A DNA stretch of 64,000 nucleotides from Octopus vulgaris. Its lineage: Eukaryota. Under the pieces are notes generated by a model. The model was not told the DNA's origin. It ran no database searches and saw only the letters and a program-made list of their open reading frames with translations. The stretch is from the NCBI GenBank assembly GCA_951406725.2, contig OX597826.1:48794001-48858000 (forward strand). Direction: 5' to 3'. The translations under genes were made by a program, and so were the position numbers. The stretch's first letter is position 1. Every line of letters begins with the position of its first letter. Of this stretch, positions 25,888 through 39,540 are shown piece after piece.

Positions 25888-26410
25888 AGGAGTGGCTGTG
25901 TGGTAAGTAGCTTGCTTACTAACCACATGGTTCTGGGTTCAGTCCCACTGCATGGCACCTTGGGTAAGCGTCTTCTACAATAGCCTCAGGCTGACCAAAG
26001 CCTTGTGACTGGATTTGGTAAATGGAAACTGAAAGAAGCCTGTGGTACACAGACACAAATAACAAAATGCATACATACATACATACATACATACATACAT
26101 ACATACGTACGTACGTACGTATGTACGTATGTATGTATGTATGTATGTATGTATGTATGTATGTATGTATGTATGTATGTATGTATGTATGTATGCATGC
26201 ATTTTGTTATTTGTGTCTGTCTTTGTGCCTCCACAATTGGATGACAACTGATGTTGGTGTGGCTATATCCCTGTCACTTAGTGGTTTGGCAAAAAGAGAT
26301 TGATAGACTAAGTACTAGGCTCACAAAGAATAAGTCCTGGGGTCGATTTGCTCGACTAAAGGCAGTGCTTCCACATGGCCACAGTCAACTAACTGAAACA
26401 AGTAAAAGAA
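25888..26410 (+). mobile_element. SINE family A with internal foldback
   Basis: Full head and tail; internal 26049-26220 is an inverted duplication. Confidence 0.88.
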
Positions 26411-28301
26411 TTATAGAATAAAAGAATGTATGCATGTATGTGTGTATGTGTGAGTGTGTGTGTGTGTGTGTGTATATACGCACATGTACATACATATGCT
26501 TCCACTACTTGTTGCATATCCTTGACTTTTTGAGAACATCATCTGCCAACATTATGAAATAATAATGAACCCCTAGAAACAGCTGTCGGACTCGTAACAC
26601 CATACTTTCTCCCTTTAATTTCGTGTGTCTTTGTACTCTGTGTAAGTTTGCTCTGTTAATATATAAATATTTATACATACATATTCATCATCCGAATATT
26701 TTGAGTCTTTGTTATTCTCTTTCTATTTACACATATATACGTATGTATATTTTATATACATACGTATATATGCCTAAGTGGTCTAATTTATTTATTTGCA
26801 TCATTATCTTTATGTATGTGTATATATATATATGTATGTATATAAGTATGGATGTATCATAAAGTGCATGTGGTTATATGTATATATCTCTGCACATATA
26901 TGTGTATATGTATGTGAAAATGTGTATGTCAGTATATAATATGTGCACATGTATATATATGTGCGAGTGTGTGTTTAGATATACATCTATGTGTGCATGT
27001 ATCTATATGAATGTGTGTGTATGAGAAATAGAAGTGCGTGGGTGTATATAACACAAAAAATATTATATACATTTATATATTTACTCATAGCAATAACAGC
27101 TAAACTATTTTATTTCTTTCGAGAGATATCAAGCAAGCATTAATAACAAAGGACACAAAAAAATAATAATAGTCAATCGTTGACAATAGAGTGTTGTTCT
27201 TTACTGTATCAAATATAGGGGGGTTGTAGAGTGGGGCCTGAGAGGGTGAGGTCTAAGAGGGTGGGGTGAAGTCGTGGGCGGTGGGTGTTAGGGCTGGAGC
27301 AGGATGGGATGTTTGACGAGAAATTGTTATTCTGGTTTCGGAGATATCTGCATCGGCAGCAGTGATGGGTGAATGCAGGGGGTGGGGTAAGTGTGGAAAC
27401 AAAGGAAATAATTTAGTAATTCCAGCTGAGACCATTATAACGTTTTTTGTTTTTTTTGTGAGAATGAAGAAAATGGTAAGAGAGTAGTCGTTGGAGGGGC
27501 AGGAGGAGGAGAGGCAGCAGCAGCAGAAATGAAGAGGATTATTTTGGTTGAAAAAGTTCCTGACATCCATTGTTGAAGAGACAACAGAGAATCAGCAATC
27601 AATATTTATGGAAGAACTTTGGTCAGACTATAACTATCAATTGGAATCTTTAAAAAATTTATCTTTTATTCTGGCGGGGGTTTTCTTTTTACCATTTTTT
27701 AAAAATTTATTCATTTATTTATTTGTTTATTATTGTTTCTGTTGGAATATTTTCTGAGAACTGACAAAAAACAAAAAGAAAATTTTAATGAGTTACTCTG
27801 AAGAAAATTGAACAAAAAGAAAATATTCTTACTGGTCAGTGCAAGCAAATGTTAATGGAACCGATATTTCTACCACTAAATGTGATATCATTATTATTAT
27901 TATCATTATTATTATATTTTTTTACATCATTTGATTCTATGTAAATCTTCCCACTTTATGTCTGTCTCCGTATTGTCACCCTCCACATCAGTGGTCTTCA
28001 TGGCAAATAAAAGAAATCATTATTATGGCTATTATTTTTATCGTTATTGTTGTTCTTGTTACTATCATTTTTAAAGTGGCAATCTGGCAGAATCGTGAGT
28101 ACACCGAGCAAAATATTTAGCAGCATATAATAGAAACAGCTGTAAGCCAATGCAGTACATAAGATAATTATTTACCTCCTTTCCCATCTCATCTTCCTAT
28201 TAATATTCTATACTTGTCTAATGCTTCATTCTGAGCTTATGTATATCAAGTTCGACACCAGGTTATTAGTCTCACAATGCCTAAACAAAATGTATATATA
28301 A

Positions 28302-28333
<32 letters not shown>

Positions 28334-28334
<1 letters not shown>

Positions 28335-28500
28335 GGGAGAATTCACAAAAAACAAAAGACGAAGACAGGTGGTGTAGACAACAAACAGATATATTAGTAT
28401 AACGCTTGGGAAATGAAAAAAGTCTTTAACGTTTCGAGCCTACGCTCTTCCACAGAAAGGAACACAGAAATAAACAGGGAGAGAAAATAAAGAGATGCCA
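28334..28500 (-). mobile_element. (TA)n-flanked Penelope-like terminal fragment with hammerhead-like motif
   Basis: Minus strand CTTT-CTGTGGA-AGAGC-GTAG-GCTC-GAAA-CG-TT-AAAG (28424-28459); homologue of 16130-16320. Confidence 0.55.
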
Positions 28501-28514
28501 GTGTATATAAAAGG

Positions 28515-28920
28515 GTCTCAGGCTCTGTTCAAATGGCTACATGAAACTGATGGAGACCACGGGCAAATCCTGGCTGGAGAGGGTTGCAGCTGAAAGGTTT
28601 CGTGTTGTGGCAGCAACATTCAGCTCCTTGCCATACTGCTGCAAGGAGTAAGAAATAGTTGTCAGAGAATGTCTGCGACTTCACTAGCCTGAATGTCTGG
28701 CCTCCAGATTCCACCAATTGTAATCCAATGGATTATTATGGGAGAGACACAGTTGAAAAAGAATACCATCTGCTCCGCCTGCAACACCAACGCCAAGCTG
28801 GTGGCCAAGATCAAGGATGTGTTCAAAGATCTTCCCAGAGACACAATGAGAAATGCATATACCAGGTTTGGGAGTCATCTTGAGGCTGTGGTAGAAGCTG
28901 AGGTTGGCTACTTTGAGTAA
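28515..28920 (+). pseudogene. Tc1/mariner-superfamily transposase C-terminal relic
   Basis: WQQHSAPCH...VWPPDSTNCNPMDYY (QQDGAPxH and WPPxSPDLNPLDY-like), then TRFGSHLEAVVEAEVGYFE*. Confidence 0.85.
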
Positions 28921-29542
28921 ACTGTTATTTCCCAGCCATAATCTGATATTTTTTTTATTTTATAAAATACTTTTAATTTTGGATAGGATATTGTTTTCTT
29001 TTCCTTTTATGCGAACTATCAAATTTAGCCTGAATACTTTGTATGTATATATATATGCATGTGTGTGTGTGCATTATATTATATTATATTATGTTATATA
29101 TATATACATATATAAGTTCAGGCTTCACTGTTAAGAAATTCACCTTCTATCAGAAGGTAGTCAAAGTAACAGTGAAGTTTAGCTGACAGCTGATGAAGGG
29201 CTAAAATTTGTTTATATTTAATATTATCATCTTATTCTGAAATGTCTATTCGTCTGTGTTTCTCTTTTCCTTTTTCCTACCTTTCCATGTAAACTTTTGT
29301 CTAAAAGACATTCCGCATTCCTTGTTTTCACTTTGTCCTGTAAAATTTTTGTTATCATCCTGTTTGGCAAATTTTATGAGCCTACGTCCACTTTTATCTT
29401 TTGTACATTGCTCTTTGTACACTTTTTTCTCATACACACAATCATATATATATATGCATATAAAGTAAACAGCAATGGCATTTAAAACCACCATATAACA
29501 ATACATAAACACACATACATACACATGCATGCACATATATAC

Positions 29543-29585
<43 letters not shown>

Positions 29586-29656
29586 TATATATGCATATAT
29601 ATATACGCTATATATGTATATCTACAAATATACACGCACACATACATATATATATG

Positions 29657-29694
<38 letters not shown>

Positions 29695-30514
29695 CATGTG
29701 TACACATATACATGTACATTTGTATGTATACATGTGTGTGTGTGTATATAAGTAATCATCATTATTTTGCATCCATTTTTCACGTTGGTATGGCTTGGAT
29801 GGCTCAACCTTATCCAAGCCATTTCTATTATACGTCTGTATGAATGTGTTAGTATATGCATGATATATGTGTGTGTATGTATGTCTACATATATCTATAT
29901 ATATACATATGTGTATATATAAAAACATATGTATACACACACATAACAAGCAAGATATGTATGCATATATATATTTATATATTTATATATTTATCTTTTG
30001 TCGAAGTGTATATGTATCCATTATATATATTAAAAAAAAACACAGCTGTATTTGTATTTTATCTACTTTATTAAGAATTGTTCAGCCTTCCTTCTTAACC
30101 CTTTATAGTTTCTTTGGAACAATAAACTTGGTAGGTCCATTGATATTTCTAGGTATTGCCATTCTTATCTTTTACCATTATGTGTTGCCATTGATGCTGT
30201 TGTTATCATCAGAAATAGGGGGAACATTTTTTACCATTAATGTCAGGATTCTGTTGCAATGTGTAGGAAGTAGTTTGACTGTGATGGCTTGGTCTTGACT
30301 TATTGCATCAACAGAATATATGTATAGGTGCAGACAAGGCTGTTTGGTTAAGCCATTTACACAGTAATCACATAGTTCTAGGTTCAATTTCACTGCAAGG
30401 CACCTTGAGGATGAGCAAATATCTTTTACTTTAGTCTTGGATTAACTTAACCAAAGTATTGTGAGTGAAAAATGGTAGACAGAAACTAGGAGCGAAGCCA
30501 GCCTTATATAAGAT

Positions 30515-30830
30515 CTTGATGCTTCATCAGGACAGTGCTACAGCTCACAAATCCTTGGATTTAGTTATAGCTATATATGGCTGTGGCTTCAAAAAATCAC
30601 CCTCCCTATCCTCCTGATTTGGCTCCATTTGACTATCATTTGTTTCCCAACATGATAAAACACTTGGTTGAGAATGGATATCAAAGTGGTGATGATATCC
30701 TGTTTGCTGTTGATAATATTTTGACCAACAGGAAGAAAGCTTCTTCACCATTGTGATCCATGCACCGCAAAACCCATGAAAGAAGTCTGTGGACCAAAAG
30801 AGGGTTTATGTTGTACAATAAACCGTATTT
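30515..30830 (+). pseudogene. Mariner transposase relic
   Basis: LHQDSATAH ... HPPYPPDLAPFDYHLFPNM. Confidence 0.8.
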
Positions 30831-31329
30831 AGTCACATTCCATAAGAATACCTTGGTCAGCTTATGAATCTTTCAGCAGACTCTTGTACAAACACACAAA
30901 CAAATATACATTATTTCAAATGAAGCTGAAGGGACTTCAACAACTGTTGTTACTCGGGGCTTCATGTGACCATTCCTCAGACAGTCTTGAATGCTCAGAA
31001 CTACTTGGTGAATGGTTACATGAAACTCTGAGTAATAGCTTGTGAGGAGTTTTCAGGTTCAATGATACTGTATTTTACTCAACCACTGGTGTTTGAATTC
31101 TATTTTGTCCACTGTATTTTGCACTTACATATTCACATGTATGTCTGTGTGTGCATCTGTGTATGTGTGTGTGTTTGAGTGTATCTGTGTGTCTGTGTTA
31201 GTGTGTGAGTGTGTGTGTGTGTGTGTGTAATGATTTTTTTACTTAGGCCTAACGAAACTAATAGCCAATAGCGAGAATTCAATAGACTTATGCTTTAGAT
31301 TAAATCATTTGATGAGATGACTTGTCTGA

Positions 31330-31435
31330 AGAAGTGGTTGTATACCATGGATAGTCCATCATCTCTGTATAGGCCTACTTCTATAGAATTAAATTCATTT
31401 AGGATGGTATATAAAATAAATTAATAAATTAACCC
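31330..31435 (-). pseudogene. Penelope-like reverse transcriptase fragment
   Basis: Minus strand LYTILNEFNSIEVGLYRDDGLSM, with GLYRDDGL at 31352-31375; this YxDD context is one I associate with PLE RTs. Confidence 0.6.
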
Positions 31436-32024
31436 ATAATGTTACATACCTTTTGCATGTGTGTGTGTGTGTGTGTGTGTGTATGTACATGTGTGTATAC
31501 ATATCACAGTATCAAGGTGTTGACCAGACTAGCAGACATTATACATCACTAGTCACAATGCGCTTTGCATTGTTTTAGCTTTGGAATGATGCCACCCCAC
31601 TGGGTAAGCAAATAGGTTAATGCTAACCCTGAGCAGAAGACTTTTACAGCTGAGTGAACTGGAACAACATGAAGTGTTTTGCTAACAAACAAAATGCTCC
31701 ACCCAGGCAGGGAATCAAACCCATGATCTAGCCCTGTTGTTGTCACATCTCTCAAGGAGAAGAAAACTCTGAGAGAAAACCTGCAACACTGAAAATATTC
31801 AATAACGTAGACTAGTTCTTCATTTTAGGTTTATGTTGTCCATGTTCAGAGAGTGGGATTCGAATTGTGAAAATCCCTTCCCCACTATAAAAAAATTATC
31901 ATGCGCAGGCATCACTTGAAAAAAAAGTAAGACCTATCACAAAAATGGCTGGTCATAGCTTTCGCATGTATGGTGCTTTGGATCAGGTGAGGGTAGTACT
32001 CGAACATGAGTTTGTATCCGTCAA

Positions 32025-32460
32025 TGTATGTATGTATGTATGTATGTATGTATGCATATTTGTATGTATGTATGTATGTTTGTATGTGTGTGTATATATA
32101 TGTAGGTATATTTATGTATGTATGCATGTTTGTATGTATGTATGTTTGTATGTGTATATATATGTAGGTATATATATATTATGTATGTATGTATTTATGT
32201 ATGTATGCATGTTTGTATGTATGTATGTATGTTTGTATGTATGTTTATATATACGTAGGTATATATATTATGTATGTATGTATGTGTATATATATATAGG
32301 TATATATATTATGTATGTATCTATTTATGTATGTATGCATGTTTGTATGTATGTATGTTTGTATGTATGTGTATATATATGTAGGTATATATATTATGTA
32401 TTTATGTATGTATGTATGAATGATGTACGTATGTATGTTTCTATGTATGAATATATATAC
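32025..32460. repeat. Degenerate (TATG)n tract with larger recurring units
   Basis: Read directly; TGTAGGTATATAT and GCATGTTTGTATG recur. Confidence 0.9.
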
Positions 32461-32832
32461 TTGAAATATATCTTAAATTTCTTTAATATTGTGACTGTAT
32501 CAAAAATATTTTCAAAAAATTTAGTAAACATGTATATATACATATATAGATAGATATATATATAAAACATAATATACATACATAAATACATACCTATATG
32601 ACCTTGGATTGTTTCTTGACTGCAAAAATTGTGTCAAGACATAAGGGTTTCTAATTAATGCAATAACGATCTAACCATATTGGCAGTGTTTTTGTAATCA
32701 AATGTTTTGAGTGAGGTCTGTGGTCCCACTAATGAGAACATACAATTCAAGATACTCATTAGCCAACATATATTTACATTTGGCATATTTGTGTGTGTGT
32801 GTGTGTATGTGTGTTTGTGTGTGTGTGTGTGT

Positions 32833-32868
<36 letters not shown>

Positions 32869-33085
32869 CTGTAGGTCAATGTCTGGTTTTGGTTTTATAC
32901 TGTATATGTTTATATGTTAATCATTGTGTATACTTTGTTTGAAAGAATGTGTGTGTATATGAAAATAACATTATATATATATATATATAAGTTCAGTAAA
33001 ATTTAGATTCAGTTGAATATGGTACTTAAATTAAAGGCACTAGAATTTAGTATGGTATTACCCATATAATTCAAAATGGGGTGAT

Positions 33086-33282
33086 TAATCAAAATAAGCA
33101 ACAAGGATATCCAGAGGTAATGCATACAATCGTTTCATGCAACTCCATTCTATATTTTTATGCAGCTGAAGATTGCTCAACATTTTAAATTGATGTAATA
33201 TTTGCATTGTTCAATGAAATGGAGTAGCATGAAACGATCGTACTGCATTACCTCTGGATATACTTGTTGCTTATTTTGATTA
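33086..33282. repeat. Foldback inverted repeat (~64-bp arms) between (TA)n tracts
   Basis: 33086-33149 mirrors 33218-33282 with a few mismatches and one indel. Confidence 0.9.
33160..33248 (+). ncRNA. Type-I hammerhead ribozyme motif
   Basis: ATGCAG-CTGAAGA-T-TGCT...AGCA-T-GAAA-CGATCG-TA-CTGCAT. Perfect 6-bp stem I, palindromic CGATCG, GUA site. Confidence 0.75.
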
Positions 33283-33920
33283 TATATATATATATATATA
33301 TATATATTATGTATGTATGTATGTATAAGAAAAAAAGGTGAATTAAAAATCCAGGCAGATTTTAAAAATGCAGCACTAAGTTTTAAATGAATCTGGTTAA
33401 CCATATCCAACAATCACACTCCAGTAAATGCGAGTAGAATACATATCCAAGGTAATTCATGGTGTATGACAAGTAGATCCAAATATCATTGAGAAATTCA
33501 TAATATTTGATTACAAAAATACAGATAGAGAAAATCACATCTTTAATTGTAGAATTCGCCATACACAGCCAGCAATTGTTTCTATTCTATTAACATGTTT
33601 AGCTATACAAAATATTATTGAAATTGATATTATTGAAAATACATATTAACACAACATTTTCAAGGTGATTGAAAATATCATTTTAATTAATATTATCGAA
33701 ATACATTTTAAGACAACATTTTCAAGGTGATTGAAAATTAGCTAAATTCAAAATGAACTAAGGAAATATTTCCAGTGCAGAAACACGTACGAAAAGAACA
33801 TCAAAAAGAAATATATATATCAGTAGAAATGTTCTCGTATATATATGAAATCATTTATGTGCAATGATGTTATAAACAGAGTGGTGCTGAAACAACTGCA
33901 ACTGTTAATAAAGATGCACT

Positions 33921-34290
33921 AAATCATTCTTTGTCACAATGTGCGGTAAGACTTGCATTTCTAAATCTTCTTTAACTTCTTATCACAGAAATCATCTTCA
34001 TACAGATGGCCCAAATGACATAAAGTTCATTCCAGCAGACGTCCTCATATAGCATATTTGTATTAAGACAAGTAAGAACCATGCTGATCTAAAAAGGCAT
34101 TTAAGTAACCATAAATCAGGCAAGTCAAGCAAGTCTGTGTCACTTAGGGTGAGACAAATTTGCACTAATTGCAGTGCAAATTTCCAACAGCTCTTAGAAC
34201 TTGAAAGTCATTTACATTCGTGTGAACAGAAAAAATACATCAAACAGGAAACAGAAAGTGGCCAAGCTTTGAACGGAGTCATATCTCCAT
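33921..34290 (+). pseudogene. Decayed run of three C2H2/C2HC-like zinc fingers
   Basis: One frame: TMCGKTCISKSSLTSYHRNH..LI*HICIKTSKNHADLKRHLSNH..ICTNCSANFQQLLELESHLHSC; one stop, no TGEKP linkers. Confidence 0.6.
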
Positions 34291-34314
34291 ATATCTGTTC
34301 GTGTATGCATGTGT

Positions 34315-34348
<34 letters not shown>

Positions 34349-34461
34349 AAAGGGAAAGTTAACGAAAATAAACAAAAGACGAAGGCAGGTGGAGTACAAA
34401 CAAACAAATGCATTAGTATAGCAGTCATGGAATAGAAAAAGTATTTTATGTTTATATACAT

Positions 34462-34553
<92 letters not shown>

Positions 34554-34558
<5 letters not shown>

Positions 34559-34887
34559 TTAGTTATCGCCATACTAATATGGCATTCTTATAAAAATAAG
34601 AATAAAGCTGACCGCTTATTAGCTCCATGAGGCCATCGCCTTAAGTTAGCTATTTGATACACAAACTGTATCCATATAACCTTTGAACAAGGGAGGTCAG
34701 TCGCTCCACACTACTTGGCTGGCCAAGTAGTGTGGAGCGACTGACCTCCCTTGTTCAAAGGTTATATGGATACAGTTTGTGTATCAAATAGCTAACTTAA
34801 GGCGATGGCCTCATGGAGCTAATAAGCGGACAGCTTTATTCTTATTTTTATAAGAATGCCATATTAGTATGGCGATAACTAATATTT
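34554..34887. repeat. Near-perfect palindrome (166-bp arms, 2-bp spacer)
   Basis: 34554-34719 is the reverse complement of 34722-34887 with one mismatch (GACCGC vs GCGGAC); (TA)n on both sides. Confidence 0.97.
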
Positions 34888-34942
34888 TCCGGGAACGCTG
34901 CCGTTGTTCTCTTTTAGAGAGACTTAGTAATTTTAATATTTC

Positions 34943-34984
<42 letters not shown>

Positions 34985-35849
34985 TTACACACACATACAT
35001 ATATATATTCTTGGCAATGACTTCGATACAAAGATACTTAGTGGTCGGATCCCCTTCGCCCATCCAACGCTGGTGAATGATGTGACTGATGTGACTGGTG
35101 TGACTGATGGGACTGAGGGGACTGGTGGGATTGATGTGACTGATTCACTATCACCAGATGCACGCACAGTTTCTACAGGGAAATGTTTGTGTTGTATTTG
35201 GCTCTACCCTGATACAGCCATTCAGCCATTCAGCCAGGATCTCTTCTCCTCGCAGCTGAGAATTATGTAAAGGGTTCACGTGTCTTTGGAGTGCTCAGCC
35301 ACATGCACATTAATTTCATGAGCAGGCTTGTTCCTTTGATCAGATCAACTGGGACATTTCTTCATCTAACCGACAAAGTGCAATACTATAGTATATCAAG
35401 TTGGTGCTTTTAGAATTGGCCGATGCTGCACCTGTTTACATTGCAGCTTTTGCAGATGGCTGTTCTCATAAGCAAGAAAGAACTGCAGTTAGATGCATTT
35501 TAAAAATTCGTGTGAAATATTTGGTCAGATTGTAAAAAAATCTTTTGGGACCCATTCTCAGGTTTATAAATGTCAAGTTGTCCCTGATAAGAAAATCTCA
35601 GCAAAACAGCATTGAGTATCATTCATACGTTTGTTTTGGGGGGGGTTTTGTGTGTGTATATATGGTTATTCTTTGTTTATTTGTTCTTCTTTTTGGTAGG
35701 GGTGGGCATGTCTGTTTTGTTTTCCTGCTTTTTTTCTTTTACTTACATACCAGAATTTGAAAATCTACTGCTTATATGCCTGTGTGTTTGCATGTGTGCA
35801 TGATGGTATTATATTCTTGTTTGTATATATACATATATACATATGTATT

Positions 35850-35881
<32 letters not shown>

Positions 35882-36243
35882 TGTATGTATGTATGTATGT
35901 ATGTATGCATGTAAATATGATTGTGTGAGTATGGCTTATTACATATGCACATATAGAATTGTAATCTCAGTATACATACACATACATCTGTATACATACA
36001 TACATACAGATATATAAATGTATATACTATGTAAACATATATACACATGTATATGTATATAGAACTACGTATACATTTAAATTCATTCATACTTAAATAT
36101 ATATATATGTATGTATATATATAGACATGCACATATAAATATGAATACACACACACACACACACACATATATATAGACATATTTGCTTGCATATATAAAT
36201 GAACATACACATGAGCACACCCACTCAAAAAATAAATAAATAA

Positions 36244-36297
<54 letters not shown>

Positions 36298-36631
36298 ATG
36301 TATATGTATATATATATATGGTAAAATTTGATACCTAGTATACTTTATATATGTGGGGTATTCGGTTCATATATTCCATTGCTAATATTCCTTTTGCTAA
36401 CATTATAAATATTCTATTTTGTACCCTTTTCTAATCCCAGCTCTCTTCATGCTACCCTATATCACTTGGTGGAGGATATAGTCCGTCTAATGCAATTTTG
36501 ATCTACCTTGGCTGTAATGTAAGAAACACAAATTCATCAGGAGCAAACCTCTTTGCTGTTAAGCAGTCCTATCAGCATACCTAAATAACTTGTATCCTTG
36601 TTGTTGTTTGAAGTGTGATATTTATGACATA

Positions 36632-37083
36632 TAAGGTGACGAGCTGGCAGAATCGTTAGCACGCTGGGTGAAATGCTCAGCGGTATTTTGTCTGTCTTTA
36701 GGTTTTGAGTTCAGATTCTGCTGAGGTCGACTTTGCCTTTCATCCTCTTGGGGTTGATAAATTAGGTACCAGTTGCATACTGGGGTCGAGCTAATCGACT
36801 GGCCCTCTTCCCAAAACTTTCGGACCTTGTGCGTAGAGTACAAAAGAATCAATTAACGTAGAACAGAAAGGCAGTGAGCTGGCAGAATCGTTAGCATGGT
36901 AGGTGAAATACATGGTGGCATTTCGTCTGTCTTTACGTTTTGAGTTCAAATTTCCCCGAGATCGACTTTGCCTTTCATCCTTTTCGGGTTGATAAATTAG
37001 GTACCAGTTGCATATTCGGGGACAATCTAATTGACTGGCCCCCTCCCCCAAAATTTGAGACTTTGTGCCTAGAGTAGAAAAGT
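36632..37083 (+). mobile_element. Two tandem SINE family B copies
   Basis: Heads AAGGTGACGAGCTGGCAG (36632) and AAGGCAGTGAGCTGGCAG (about 36868). Confidence 0.88.
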
Positions 37084-37286
37084 ATATTTATGACTTATAC
37101 ATGCATGCATACATACATGTATGTATGTATATGTGTATGCACATATGTATTTACATATATATATATGTATATATGTACGCATATGTGTGAGTATGTATGT
37201 GTGCGTGAAAATATGTATTTCTGTATATGTTTGTGTGTGTATGTGTGTGTGTGTGTGTCAGATGCATGTATAAATATATATTCATG

Positions 37287-37324
<38 letters not shown>

Positions 37325-38029
37325 GAAAGATATACAGCTATATATATATATATCTTTGTATACACACACAAACACATACACACACTCATGCACACACAAA
37401 CCACACACACACACATTCAGAGCAAGCCCCTTCCATTCATTATAAGCCTATGTCTAAGTATAGATGGCATATCAAGTTGACCCTGAAGTAAATGGATATA
37501 TGTGTGGGTGTATTTCTATATTTGAGTGTGTGTGTGTATATGTATATATATATATATATATATATAAATGTATAGATAGATATATGTATGTATGCATTCT
37601 TATATGTATATATATATCTGCATGTGACTGTACCTTTAGTACATTATATCAAATGATAATGGTATAGTTGTGAATATAATATTGAATAAAATGAGTTATT
37701 TTGTCAAATTCAGGAATATCATATTTATGATATCACAAGTCATGTAAACAGCACCACTTCTGAAGAATATATCCATATTTTTTCCCCCCATATACAAATG
37801 CCATATTTTGGGTAATATGTTCTGAAAACTTTCCAGGATTTCTTCTCATGATTTTCAGCATGAAAAAGGAGCAGTAAGTAGGCGTTAACGTCACTGTTCA
37901 CTGAATCCACCCTGTGATATTTGAAAATGGTGATTCTGATGATAGTTCCTTAAGACAACATTACATCTAGATGTTAATAATACTGATATTTGGTAATGAA
38001 AACAACCAAATATCATTGATCCATAATGT

Positions 38030-38039
38030 TGATAATGAC

Positions 38040-38098
<59 letters not shown>

Positions 38099-38151
38099 TA
38101 ATAATAATAATGATAATAATAATAATAATGATAATAATGATAATAATAATG

Positions 38152-38209
<58 letters not shown>

Positions 38210-38232
38210 TAATAATAATAATAATAATAATC
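38030..38232. repeat. (TAA)n microsatellite
   Basis: Read directly from the sequence. Confidence 0.95.
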
Positions 38233-38749
38233 GGTGTTATTGATATAGTTTGAAATATAACAGATTTTGTTCAAATGATATGAACTGATGTTTACAAGTT
38301 CTTCTCAAAAAGATTCATCAAAAATACAGATTTTATTTTTAAAAAATAACAGGATTTCTAGATTAAGTTTAATTAAAAAGAAAAATGTAATAAAGATAAA
38401 AGGGCGTTGTCATCATCATCATCGCCGTCATCATCAACATCATCATCATCGCCGTCATCATCAACATCATCATCATCATCATCATCATCATCGTTAACAT
38501 TTTTACTTTCACATTTCCATTTTTGCAAGGGTTAGACAGAATTTGTTGAAGTAGATTTTCTTTGGCTTGGCTAGATGTCCTTCCTGTCACCAGTCTTTGC
38601 CAGTTTCCAAGCCACGTGGTTTGGGGCTTAGTCTCACTTCCTGGTACCTCCGACAAGTGTCTTCTTCTATAGCCCTAGGCCAAAATTTTATTAGTGGCAG
38701 ACAGAAACTGAAAACTCATTGTATACATACATACATATGCATAATGTGA

Positions 38750-39540
38750 TAACCGATGCAGTTTTCATGGAGTTTACACTGAAGATATCATCTACATCAT
38801 AAGCAGTTGTCCGAAAATGTCATCACAATATTATCTATGATAAGATATGATGTTGTTGCTAGGAAACTGTATAGTGAGATCTGTGGGAAGGATAACCCCA
38901 AAGAAATAAGAACCCACAATATGGTGGAAGCCACAGCCACTCATAATAAAAAGGAGTACTGATAGAATGTCCCAGTGAAAACCTCAATAAAATACAAATA
39001 TAATAGACCTGACATAGTAATTTGGGATTGAGAAACTGTGTCCAGTTGTGGACATTAGCTGCCCAGCATATGTTAAAATAAAGCTAAAAACCAGTAGAAA
39101 AGAAAATAAATATGCTGAACTAATTAGCAATCTATTGAGCTATTCTATCCAGATTACAAGTTTAGGTTTATACCTGTAATTACTGGAGTCCTGGGATATG
39201 TAATACACTGCCTAAATACCAAACTTGAGATATTAGGCTTCTCAAAACCAGAATGGAGAAAGCTTATTTGAAAACTACAGATCCAAGCCATCACTGGAAC
39301 TGTAAAAATCTGTAAAACTTACCAAAAGTGTATCATTTAAGTATATATAAGCATGTCTAGACAGGCAACTACATGCATTTGAATACATACATAGAGCAAA
39401 GTATGCAAGTCTGCATATATGCACACATACAAAAATACCCTGTTGATGTTGTTGAAATTCCAGTGAAGAAGTCTTGGATCTAGGTTAGAAATCAGCTCTT
39501 TCTCCATTGGCAAGAAATCTTGAAATAAAACTGAATAATG
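38750..39540 (+). pseudogene. R4/Dong-like non-LTR retrotransposon 3' end with UTR
   Basis: EDIIYIISSCPKMSSQYYL, NRPDIVIWD, VDISCP, KENKYAEL, FIPVITGVLG, LQIQAITGTVKICKT; same family as 15420-15870. Confidence 0.85.

Noticed and set aside
35070-35150. 9-bp GATGTGACT repeat encoding DVT/GVT/DGT
   Set aside because: A short minisatellite in a frame that starts in repeats; no evidence of coding.
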